Assembly (NCBI GenBank): GCA_002269645.1
Contig: NIVC01004060.1
Location: forward strand, 1-62,225
From: Macrostomum lignano
Lineage: Eukaryota
Direction: 5' to 3'
Length of the DNA stretch: 62,225 nt
The notes under the pieces were generated by a model. It was not told where the DNA came from, searched no databases, and saw nothing but the letters and a program-made list of their open reading frames with translations. A program made the position numbers and the translations under genes. Positions within the stretch are counted from its first letter, which is position 1. Each line of letters starts with the position of its first letter. Shown here piece after piece: positions 21,971 to 33,373 of this stretch.

Positions 21971-23013
21971 TGATGTGTTCCTTATTACCAGTCCTCAACT
22001 GTAATCAAGGAACAATCACTTCTAGCTCTGTAGCTAGGCAACCCAGTAAGTCAACTGCAGGTACTCAATTACCTTAAATCCGGTTGAGCTGTTCTCTTCC
22101 TCGAGTAGTTCTCTCAATAGGTCTCTCAGTGGATCCGTAGGTCTCGCTTATCTTCCGGAAGACTTTGTTGCTCTGGTCCGATTTCTTCTTTGTGTCTCGC
22201 CGGCCGGTATCTGTCGTTCGGACCAATGGGAAGCTTCCAATTACAATGGGTACCCTGCGCCAACTGCGGTTCAATATAAGCCTCCTTCTTCTAGCAGTGC
22301 CTCTATGCACTCTAGGTATAGCTCCGGTATTCTCTAGCAGATCTTCTAAGATCTACTAGGATAGTCCTTCGGGCGACTACAGCCAATGGAGTCTCAAATG
22401 GACTCAAGAGTCTCAACAGAATCTAACACTATATCACAAGTGAGTCGACCCAACAACAACGGGCGCGAATAAGGAAGGCTTACCGCAAGTCACTCGACGG
22501 AGTCTCGAGTTGCTTCAGGAAGTCTGCTGCAGAGCTTCTTCTTCGGAGCTTTCTCTCTCGGAGAACTTGTTGACTCCGGGTTCGCTCCGGACCACTTGTA
22601 TTTATAGGCAAATGGATCCACATGAGATCACGTGAGTTAGACTTTTCAACTGTCAAAAAGGTCACGGATTGGTTGCTGTCAAACATGGCAGGTTAGGAAG
22701 TTACTCCATTGGTTTAGTGTAAAAATGCATGATTGGTTATCGCATTCGAGTTATTTATTTTTAGTTACATTTGATTGGTTCACGTGAGTGCTGTTGAATG
22801 ATGCATCTCTCCTGGGGAGTTTGACAAGTGCGGGTTACACGTGATTGGGTGATTTCTAAATTTAGCATGCTCGAGGTCTCTCTCTTCCTATTGGTTAGTC
22901 AGAATATACGTATAGCTCAAAGCATACCTTTATACATGCTCTTCATTTTACTACTATGCAAGTAGTACGTTAGCCATTTTTTATGATTTTTGCAGCAGGT
23001 AGAACACTCTACA
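21971..23013 (-). mobile_element. LTR copy C (subfamily 2), likely the 5' LTR of the gag-1 element
   Basis: Same termini as A and B; no TSD (CAAT/GGCG); adjacent to the PBS and gag. Confidence 0.85.
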
Positions 23014-23236
23014 GGCGCGCTCAGACCTCTGGGTGGTGTACATTGGAAGCAGGGCGTACCATGACAACAGTGCGTCTAGAACTCAGTAGGTCACCCTTGT
23101 CGAGTCGCGCCAATTCGTCGTCATCGTCATAGTCGAAAACAGGATCACCACAAGCCAAGTGGACAAATTGGGCAACGGCTTGGTAGTAGTCGTGGCGGAG
23201 ATAGTAGAATGGGAATGGGAAATTAAAGATAGGGTT
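23014..23236 (-). pseudogene. Truncated paralog of the SOCS-box ORF N-terminus
   Basis: HLACGDPVFDYDDDDELARLDKGDL/VLDALLSWYALLP..RSERA versus DLACGDTVFEWDDEEELARLNKGDLRVLDGLMSWYALLP..RSERA. It is cut by LTR C exactly after ERA. Confidence 0.8.
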
Positions 23237-23239
23237 TCG

Positions 23240-23768
23240 GCTCTCTGTTGGATCTGCGTCCGAATACTCTAAGATTAGACAATAAGCGGCAAGTCTAACT
23301 CAATGTTTTCCTGCGGTGTTATACCTTCTCTTTGGATGTTATATTTCAATCTAATTCACCGGTGATGTTCGCGCAAAATACAAAGATGTAAACTTCCTAA
23401 ATACGAAGTATGAAGCAGTCAGAATAGAATGTATAGCAATACTTATCGGTACACTCGGATGATCTGGTGTACAAGGCTAATGCCTGTAGTTGTTCGTCGG
23501 CCGAGTGCGGACTGTGGACTTCATTGATTTGGTTTCTATCGAAATATTTGGTTACTATGCTAGTGAGTCTGAAGTAGAGGAAAAGGATAGGGGGTCTGCG
23601 AGGTTGCGAGGTTTCGAAGGTCTAAGGACTGCTTCGTACTTTCGTGCATTAAAATACAGCGCGATGTTAGGCTGCTATTGGTAGCCTGCGTTTAGCGAAT
23701 CAGCAGATGAAAGTGCATAGATGGAGTTTCGTACTAAACGCATACGGTGGAAATGGCTAAATTTCACT
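23240..23768. repeat. Diverged duplicate of internal segment ~13350-13814 plus 14811-14890 (without LTR A)
   Basis: Shared blocks such as ggatctgcgtccga.ta.tctaagatta, ggactgcttcgtactttcgtgcatt.aaatacagcgcgatgttaggctgctattgg and cctgcgtttagcgaa.cagcagatgaaagtgcatagatgg. Confidence 0.85.
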
Positions 23769-25400
23769 ATCAGGGTAGTCCTTCTGGAGAGTACAACCAA
23801 TAAGTCTCAACAGACTGAGAATCTCAACAGACTCAAACACCTGGCGCAAATGAGTAAGGCTTACAGCAAGAACTCGACCGAGTCTCGAATTACTTGGTCG
23901 GAAGGAAGTCCTTTGGAGGCTTCCTCTCGGAGCTCTTCTTCCTTCTGGAAGGCAAAAATCTTGAGCTCCGGTCCGCTCCGGACCACTTTTATATATAGGC
24001 AATCGGACCCCACATGAGTCATTGAGTTCATTGTCTTAAATGTCAAAGGTTCACGGATTGGTTGCTGTCAAACATGGCAGGTTAGAAAGTTACTCCATTG
24101 GTTACGTGGGAGCATGCATGATTGGTTACCGCAGCTTGATGTGTTCCTTACTACCAAGACTTTCTCAGTAATCAAGGAACAATCACTTCTAGCTCTGTAG
24201 CTATGCAACCCAGTTATCAAGTGAAGATATCACTTACCTTGTCTACTTCTTCTGGGAGATCTCCTCGGTGACTCTTGTCAGTGAGTATTACCGCTGGTTG
24301 CGTTCCTGTCCTTCAAGAAGTGTAGACGTCTAGAATATGTTGATCTGGTCCGATATCTCTTGGTACTTCCGTTGAAGTAGATTCCGGCCGGTATCTGTCG
24401 TTGGACCAATCAGAAGCTTCGATTTAACAATGGGTACCCTGCGCCGAATAGCGGTATCAATTTAGCCTTCTTCTTCTAGTAGTGCCTCTATGCACTCTAG
24501 GTAATGCTCCGGATATCTCTAGTAGTTCCTCTAAGATCTACTAGGGTAGTCCTTCGGGAGACTACGGCCACGGGAGTCTCAACAGACTCAAAAGTCTCAA
24601 TAGACTTTAATAAACTCGAGTCTCAATAGACTAGAGCGAGACGTCTCTAACAACAACTGGCGCAAATAAGAAAGGCTTACCGCAACAATCAAACCAAGTC
24701 TCGATTGACTGGTGAACTAGGATGTTTTTCTAAAAACATCCTCTTCGGAGCTCCTTCTATCGTCGGGAGTTGACTCCTGTGCCGCGTTGGGCCGCTTGTA
24801 TTTATAGGCATCTTCACTTGTTGCGCTACAAGGGGAAATAAGATTGATTGCATTTAAAAATAGTATCATGACTCATTTTGTTACTATATATAGTAACATG
24901 AATCATTCTGCTGCTATAAATACGAGTAGCAACATGAATCACTCTGTCGCCATGAATAGCAACATGACTCATTCGCTATAAATAGGAACATGATTCATAT
25001 GCTATAAATAGCAACTTGCATCATTTCCAGGTTTAAGTGCGCATGCATGCACTAATCTACTTACAGTAGGCTCTATCATTTCTACTTTTTACTTTTAACG
25101 GGAGGTAGCACACTCTACAAGCTGAGTTATTTTTAGATATCTTTTAGATTGGTTCATCCAAGTGCAGACTGAATGATGCATCGCAACTGGGGTTTGAGCT
25201 GACAATCGCGGGTCACACGTGATTGGGTGATTTCTGAAGTTAGCATGCTTGATTGAGGTTTCTCTCTTCCTATTAATTGATTCAAATATATGTATGGTTC
25301 AGTGCATATCTTTATACATGCTGCTTAGTATACTACTGAATAAAATGTGTGAGTAGTACATTAACAATTTTGTCACTCGCGGGTGGTAGAACACTCTACA
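23769..25400 (-). mobile_element. LTR copy E (subfamily 2; left ~400 bp missing), interrupted by copy D
   Basis: LTR-homologous sequence at 23769-24136 and 25120-25400, ending AGAACACTCTACA. Confidence 0.8.
24137..25119 (-). mobile_element. Solo LTR copy D (subfamily 1) nested in copy E
   Basis: TGATGTGTTCC...AGCACACTCTACA termini; perfect TSD AGCT. Confidence 0.88.
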
Positions 25401-25659
25401 GTGGCCCTGTTGTTGAAGTGATGGGCGATGACGGACGTCCCTCTCGTGGTTCGCCATTAAGCTCGGGAGAGCCCCGTAATATTAGTTTCTAGACGGTCGC
25501 AAACTAAGAACTTACATATGATTAAGAATGACTACCTCTCTCAGCCTTTTGCTGGTCATCATCTTTACTAAAGAAAACACATTAAAGCATTATATTTTGA
25601 ATAAATGATCCGTTGATCTGATAACTTTAACTATACATTTATATAGTGGTTTTTAAACA

Positions 25660-26860
25660 TATTGACAAGCGTATATGAGTAAACTAAAGCAAGCATTAAA
25701 CGCAAAGGATAAGACTGATGCAGTATCGTCTAACTACGAGTAAAAACCAATGCTAGTTTTATGCTACAAATAATCTGCTATTCTATTCAAGCTTATACAT
25801 AGCTGGGCTTGTTAGGTCGAAAACCCTTAATCATAGCAATAAGTCGTGGTAGTGCTCAGTCTTACCTTTGATTTGATGTGTTCCTTACTACCAAGACTCT
25901 CTCTTAGTAATCAGGGAACAATCACTTCTAGCTACTGCTAGGCTAATGAAGGTATTTATTATCTTGACTCCCTGATCAGTTGGTCTCTTCCTAAGAGCTG
26001 TTCTCGCACTTAGTCTTGTTCCTTGTCTTCCGGAAGATTTGATGTCTTAAATCTGTTGTCCAGGTCCTGGTTCCTCTTGTACTTCCAACGAAGTGTTTCC
26101 GACCGGTATCTGTCGTTCGGACCAAAAGGAAGCTTCGAATTAGCAATGGGATCCCTGCGCCTTACTGCGGTTTCAATTAAGCCTTCTCCTTCTAGCAGTG
26201 TCTTAATACTAAGTTATAGCTCCGGTAATCGCTGATAGACTTCTAATATCTATCTAGGTACTCCTTCTGGAGACTACAACCAATGGAGTCTCAATAGACT
26301 CAACAACAACAATAATGAGTCGACTCAAACAACGGGCGCAAATGAGTAAGGCTTACCGTAAGAACTCAGCCGAGTCTCGATTGACTTGGTCTGCAGGAAG
26401 TCCTCCTAAGGAAGTCCTTCTATATATGGCTTCCTCTTCGGAGCTTCTCCTTCCGGAGGTTCGGTTGTTGGCTCCGGGTCCGCTTCGGACCACTTGTATT
26501 TATAGGCAAACGGACCCCTCTCGAGGTCGTCCATCACATTTTCGTAAATGTCAAAAGGGTTACGCTTTGGTTGCTGTCAAGCATGACAGGGTAGAAAGTT
26601 AAGCCACTAGTCTAGTGTAAGCGCGCATGATTGGTTACCGTAGCTGGGTTATTTTGGGCTTTCTTTGATTGGTTCATCCGGGGGCAAGCCGAATGATGAA
26701 TCGCAGATGGGGTCTAAACTTGACAATTGTAGGTCACACATGATTGGTCGGTTGCTACGAGTAAAAATAACATGTTCGACTTTACTCTCTTGTGATTCAG
26801 TTTTTAATCTTATACGTGCTACTTACTATGCTACTGAATAAAAATGTTTAAGTGGTATGT

Positions 26861-26895
<35 letters not shown>

Positions 26896-27124
26896 CTTTT
26901 TAAAAATATAACGAGCGTATTAAAGCAAGCATTAGACGCAAAGGATAAAACTGAGGCAATCCACCTATACTAAATGTCTAAGATTCGTCTAACTAAAAAC
27001 CAATGCTAGTTTTATGCTACAAATAATCTGCTATTCTATTCAAGCTTATACATAGCTGGGCTTGTTAGGTCGAAAACCCTTAATCATAGCAATAAGTCAT
27101 GGTAGTGCTCAGTCTTACCTTTGA
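25660..27124. repeat. ~200-bp direct repeat (25660-25872 and 26910-27124) flanking LTR F
   Basis: The block taaaaaccaatgctagttttatgctac...gctcagtcttacctttgat is nearly identical in both copies. Confidence 0.85.
25874..26864 (-). mobile_element. LTR copy F, right end lost at an (AT)n tract
   Basis: TGATGTGTTCC start and internal homology to B/C/E; stops ~45 bp short of the canonical end, followed by (AT)n at ~26865-26890. Confidence 0.78.
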
Positions 27125-27889
27125 TCCATATGGGTCAGCAGAAGCTTAGGTTAGTAAAAGACCTAGAACGAATTTGGAGATAACGACAAGCATGTAAAAT
27201 TAGATATTTGTTCACACAACTTTCAATCCTTATGTAGCCTACAAGTTCTCACTACAACGACAAGCCCAAAGGACACCAGCCTGTATCAAGGGTAGTACGC
27301 CAAACGTACACCTCAGTCGATAGTGTAAAACAAAGAAATGCGAACATGAGCATAATCGTATTAATTCTCAATGTTCACGACGCACGAAATTTATTTGGAC
27401 AAATCCCAAAACTTTCGCACAATATAGCGAGAGTCAGGCGGCGAGAGAGTTAACACGTATCGATGGAGCGATACGTGTTCAAAAGTTAGAATTTCCCGCT
27501 GTCCCACTTGAGGGTTGGGCAGGCCAACGAAAAACACTTGTGCCATCCCAAGTGTCCAGATTGCTTCTCCTCGTGATAATTTTGTAGCAAGGCAAGTCAT
27601 ACATTAGGTACTTATGTATCGTATGCTTACTTATACTTATGCCATATTTCACTCGGTATTGATGGACACTTCTCCTGTATGGTCTCTCCTTTTGGCCCTT
27701 ACGAGCCTCCAGGTAACAATGTGGTCCTTCTAATTTCGATTCTTCCGAAGGACCCGTACCGTTGGCTGGTGATGCTCCACAACAGTTCCCGTCCAGCCTC
27801 GGCCAGGTTACACGACCAGGTGCCCTAACCTAATTCCCATTCCTAATCCTATGAGCATTTTAGCTCAAATGAGCATCCAATGAATCATC

Positions 27890-29520
27890 CGCGACTTGCG
27901 TGCCAATTTTTCTATATAGCGGCTTCCTCTGCTACAATGCCATTCTTCTCGGGTCCGTTGGCTGGAAATCGGGCAAGATTATAGATTCCTTCGGGTTCTG
28001 CATCTTTTCCAATCTGTTGACGTGTACCCGGATTGGTTCCTTGTTCTTGTCATCCGATCGAATGGCCGCATTCGTTTCGTTGAATTTCCGAATCACTCTA
28101 TACGGTCCCGAGAATCGTGGTTGATGTTTTGCAGTTCTTAGTGGTTTTGTATTCTTGACTCTGTCACCTACTTGTAGAGTCGTTTGCTGTCGCCCCTTGT
28201 TACGAGCTAGTTTGTTTGTGCGTTCGGTTTTGTGCTGAAGAGTTTGATCGGGTGGTGATCAGTCTCCCGAAGACTCCCACTTCCAGACCCTAAGCCTGGG
28301 AACAAAATTTAGTGATCACTTACTGTTGCGGGCTCCTCTTCTTTGTCGCGCGTGTCTGTAGAGCTCGTCTCCGTAGAGCTGTTCCTCCCGGGGTAGTCTT
28401 CTTGAAGTCTAAAATCGGCCGAAAGTGAGAGCGTAACAATTTAATCCGTCGACGTCGCAGTATTCCTCGAATGCAGAAATCAATATAGGCCTCAGATTCA
28501 GAAATCAATATCAACGATGCGCCCTAATAACAAAGTCAACTTTCTATAACAATAACGAGGTCCTCCAAAAAGGGCGTCTTCTTCTAGAAATAACGGAATC
28601 GGAGTGGTGTGCTCCTATCGGTTACTCTAGGATAATCCAAATCAATAAATCAATAATCCTCTAAGGGTATCGGAATCGGTCCACAGATCCTATCCAATCC
28701 CTTAGGAAAATGGGAGGCCTCAAATTCAATGAACTCAGTTAAATCAACTGATCAATAACGGCCGGCAATAAAATCGCTCTCGGTAATCCAAATAACAAAA
28801 GCTCGAACAAAGGCTCACCAATTGGTTTACTTCTCCCTCAGATATGTAGCCTCGATTAGCTTCTGCAGTATGCCCAAGGTGTTTTGAGGCTGCTCCGAGT
28901 CTGAGATTTTTAGCTCGGATTTTGGCTTGTATTTAATAGGAAAATCTTGCGGAAAACTGCTTATTTTTAGTAGTTGACAGTTTTGCGTTTTAAAAATTAG
29001 ACCCTTTAGAATACACTAGATTTGAGCATCGAATACTCGTACCATATTCAGAGTTCTAAATTTAAATGTTGCAAAAGATGATCATTTGTTGCTTTCGTGG
29101 TCTTAAAAAAAGAGTGTGACAATTTGGAATTTTAAGCTTTCGAGTTTTTCCGCATTTTTACGTTACTACTGATAGTAGTTTACTTTGCACTGTATTTTGG
29201 AAATCTCTACAGTGCTTCCCGTAGATTGTGTCTGGTGATTTCTCGAGTGTTAAATGTAATCGTTCCATAAAGTTGCTCCTCGGTGAGTATATGAACACAG
29301 TATGTGTTTGACTGCCATCAGTGCGAAAGCTTCTCCTCCAACAGTTTCGCTGTAAATTTCCGTCCGTTGTCTTTTGTCACTTCTCTAGGTATACCAAATA
29401 TCCTGAATGTCTCGGACAATGTCGTAGCTGTTGTCTGTGCTGTCAAGTCTGGTACGGCTCGTGTCATTGCAAACTTGTGAAACAACAGATCATCGTCATG
29501 ATGTGTGTGTACATCTCTCC
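27890..29520 (-). pseudogene. Second, degenerate Gypsy-type integrase, interrupted by LTR G
   Basis: Core HKFAMTRAVPDLTAQTTA..FRIFGIPREVTKDNGRKF (29318-29520); C-terminus LQVGDRV..HQPRFSGPYRVIRKF..IRVHVNRLEK (27980-28255). Confidence 0.8.
28256..29211 (-). mobile_element. Divergent solo LTR copy G (956 bp)
   Basis: TGATC...AATCTCTACA termini; flanks GTGG/GTGC; contains cttgtatttaatagg like the family's TATA block; splits the integrase. Confidence 0.6.
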
Positions 29521-29832
29521 TCGAACTGACGTAGGTAAAATGGTTCCGTTTTTGTCCATTTGGAATCGCCACCTTGTTTGACGTTTGCGTCTCCTGTGAC
29601 TTAATCGTCGTGCCTGTTGGCTTGACCAGGTCCTGCATTACGGCTTCTTTTCGTTCGTCCAGTTCCAGAATCTGTAGTTTTTTGGTCTCCTCTAACGCGA
29701 CATAGATCGTAGACTACTTTTTTGTTTAGCCTTTTACTTCGCTCTCGGCGTTCTTCCACAGTGGGTTCTGTCCACTGGGTTTTCTCGGTCGGTTCCGTTG
29801 TACTTACTTTCTCTTGTCTAGCGATTTCTGGT

Positions 29833-30617
29833 TTACTCGGCGTACCCTGGATGGGTTTTTGGATTTTTGGCTCTTCCGTCAAAACGGCTGTCCTTCAAAA
29901 TCCGCTTGGTAAACGCTTTGTCTTGTTGCTCTTGTTGTTTGGGCGCTCGACAGTTGCGCACTGTGTCCCATCTTGTTGCAGTTGAAGCATATCTTGTCGC
30001 TGCGACAGGTTTTTGCGGTGTGACCAAACTTCTTGCACTTATCACATCGGACCTGTTGTCGGCCGTGGCTTTGTTGATAGCCAGTGGCTCCAGTGGTTGC
30101 TGTTCGTTCTTCAGCTTTCGGCAATCGGATTCCTTGTGTTCTGTCGCACCACTGACATGTGATTCCAGCATTGTCTTCTTTCGCATTCAACGTTGTTAGC
30201 GTCTCTTCTAACTTTTGACGTTCAGTTCTCATTTTTCGACTACAGCGATGAGTTGACGCTTAATGTTTTCCTCTTCATCATACTCTTTCATAGATTGCCA
30301 TAGTGCAAACTTCAGCAAATCCTCTGTTGCTCTTATTATCTTGGACATCAGGTGACGTCGCAGTCCCGGTAATGCATTCTGTTTGACCGTGGAGATCAGC
30401 GCATCTTGCAAAATCTGCTGGTTTCTGGCTATTCGTGCCCTTCTATTTCCGCTCCTTCTTCTCCTTCTGGTGCAGCCTCTTGGTACACCGCGTTTTCCAC
30501 CAATCGTCGAATGTCAGTTATCAACTTATTGACATCTTCATCGTGTGCCATCCTGCATGTCCAGAGTTGCGCTTGCGCAGCCTGGCCGTTGTCGGTTTTC
30601 GTGTCGTAGGTCGTCAT
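29833..30617 (-). pseudogene. Gag copy 2 with two CCHC knuckles, fragmented
   Basis: VRCDKCKKFGHTAKTC and CFNCNKMGHS. NALPGLRRHL..ATEDLLKFALWQ aligns with NAQPSLRDRL..TEEDLLRCGMQW of gag 1. Confidence 0.75.
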
Positions 30618-31375
30618 TAAAGTTTTTGTTAGCTGTCTACGAGCGTAGTCGTTAGTCGTTTAGTCGCTAAGCAGTGTTAATCGTTTAGTGTTAGTCGTTT
30701 CTGATGTTTTCCGGTTGTTCTACGTGTCGTAAGTTTTCAGTGCATCTGGCTGCAGGAACGCTGGTAGAATTCGAGCTTTCTCAGCGTCCGTCAATCCGTA
30801 TGTGTAGTGCACTGCTATTGCGGGTCTCTCCTCCGCTCTCTCACTTTAGCCTTCCCCCACGTGCGTGTACGCCCTCGCACTGTTACGCAACAGTGGCACG
30901 TTGTGCTCATTAGCTCGTTGTGCTCACTACTATATATATGCTTTAAATATACGGCCATGAGAGGCCAACTTCTGCACTTACACAAGCGCACTACAGTATG
31001 TTCTCATCATCAGATCGTGTACTCGGGGTTGACTGCTTTCTTTTAAACGAGTATATCCCACTCCTGTCACTAAGTCGTCCCAGAGTTTTGCTTGTTCGTT
31101 CTTAGAATTTACTTGATTTCCTAGAAATCTTTGGTAGTGTTGAATGCTCGATCGGTATGACATTGTATTTCCAATTAAGTCCGGAATTATGGCGTTTCCT
31201 GAGACCAAGGGTGTCCAGCAGTAGGCGTCAATCTATTAATATCTTCACGATTTCTTTATTTCAATCCTAAACATTTCCTATGCTTACAATATTTCACCTA
31301 ATTTCCTAATACCTAATCCTAAGTTTAGCCTTCACGGCTTGTAACCTTGAGTCTTCACGACTTCTTAATATCAAT

Positions 31376-32119
31376 ATGTTGTGTGACTGAGCAGTGTGTG
31401 ACTCAGTATGTTGTGTGATTGAGCAGAATGTGGCTCAAGATGCTGTGTGATTGAGCAGTGTGCCTGTAGATTGTGTGTGATTGAGCAATATGTTACTGGA
31501 AACTGTGATTTAGCATTGTGTGACTGACAACTGTGATTTAGCATTGTGTGACTGACAACTGTGATTGAGCAGTGTGTGACTGACAACTGTGATTTAGCAT
31601 TGTGTGACTGACAACTGTGATTGAGCAGTGTGTGACTGACAACTGTGATTGAGCAGTGTGTGACTGACAACTGTGATTGAGCAGTGTGTGACTGACAACT
31701 GTGATTTAGCGGTGTGTGACTGACAACTGTGATTGAGCAGTGTGTGACTGACAACTGTGATTTAGCAGTGTGTGATTGACAACTGTGATTTAGCGGTGTG
31801 TGACTGACAACTGTGATTGAGCAGTGTGTGACTGACAACTGTGATTGAGCAGCGTGTGACTGACAACTGTGATTGAGCAGTGTGTGACTGACAACTGTGA
31901 TTGAGCAGTGTGTGACTGACAACTGTGATTGAGCAGTATGTGACTGACAACTGTGATTGGGCAGTGTGTGACTGACAACTGTGATTTAGTAGTGTGTGAC
32001 TGACAACTGTGATTGAGCAGTGTGTGACTGACAACTGTGATTGAGCAGTGTGTGACTGACAACTGTGATTGAGCAGCGTGTGACTGAAAACTGTGATTGA
32101 GCAGTGTGTGACTGACAAC
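31376..32119. repeat. 28-bp minisatellite
   Basis: Unit gtgattgagcagtgtgtgactgacaact. Confidence 0.95.
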
Positions 32120-32675
32120 TAATGTGAGAATGTCACTCTGAAGTTTTATTCAGCAAAAAATTTAATAAATTTTAACCATTACTACAGAAGGCTGTGAAAT
32201 GCCATTGAGGATTTTGTTGAACTCATTTCAATCAATAAATATAACTGGACTCCTACAAACGCCTCACGCCACAGCCAGTTCCAAGGACAAACAAGGTTAT
32301 CTAGTGTATTTACTGTGGGTGAGTACAGTAGCGATCTCATATTCATATATGATACACTGAACAATAGCGGAGCAAACTGAAGAAGTCTCAAAAATTCAAT
32401 ACGGGACCAGCGAGTTCCCGGCAGATAAGACAAGGGAATCGCGGGAACCGTGAGCCTAAACTGCTGTGAAATTGCTCGATTTAAACAAACAACAGCTAAG
32501 CAACAAGCGAGAGTGCTGGACCCGGAGACTGCAGGCTGAAGATGCTTGGAGAGGAGAAAGATAAGAAGAGGTGAAACTCATTTAAATTGCTCAGACCTCT
32601 TCGAGACAGAGGCACATCCTTATTAATCATTTGTTCAGAGATAATTATTGGCAAAGATATTTTGATTTTGGCACT

Positions 32676-33185
32676 CACCCCCACCAAGCCAACCCCCACC
32701 AAGCCAACCCCAGCAGCCAACCTCCACCAAGCCAACCCCAGGACCCACCCCCACCAAGCCAACCCCCACCAAGCCAACCCCACCAAGCCAACCCCAGCAG
32801 CCAACCTCCACCAAGCCAACCCAGGACCCACCCCCACCAAGCCAACCCCAGCACCCACCCCCACCAAGCCAACCCCAGCAGCCAACCTCCACCAAGCCAA
32901 CCCCAGCACTCACCCCCACCAAGCCAACCCCAGCACTCACCCCACCAAGCCAACCCCAGCACTCACCCCCACCAAGCCAACCCCCAGCAGGCCAATCACA
33001 GAAGCCAACCCCCACCAAGCCAACCCCAGCACTTACCCCCACCAAGCCAACCCCCACCAAGCCAACCCCAGCACTTACCCCCACCAAGCCAACCCCCACC
33101 AAGCCAACCCCAGCACCCACCCCCACCAAGCCAACCCCAGCATCCACACCCACCAAGCCAACCCCAGCACTCACCCCCACCAAGC
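32676..33185. repeat. C/A-rich compound minisatellite
   Basis: Units ccccaccaagccaaccccagca(c/t) and variants. Confidence 0.95.
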
Positions 33186-33373
33186 CTAATATAAACGACT
33201 ATAACGGTTAGTAGGCGCTGCACTCATTTATACGATTGTGGACTCTCCTGCACTCCTAGGGAGTTAAATAGTCGATGGCTCGAGCCCCTGGTCATAGGAG
33301 GCTTAGACAGAAAAGATAGGGAGAGGGGAGATTGAGAGAGAATCAGCAGCGCAGTGGAGGGTCAGTTTTGCGG

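Noticed and set aside
31371-33223. His/Ser-, Pro/Gln- and Gly/Trp-rich ORFs
   Set aside because: All are products of minisatellite translation.
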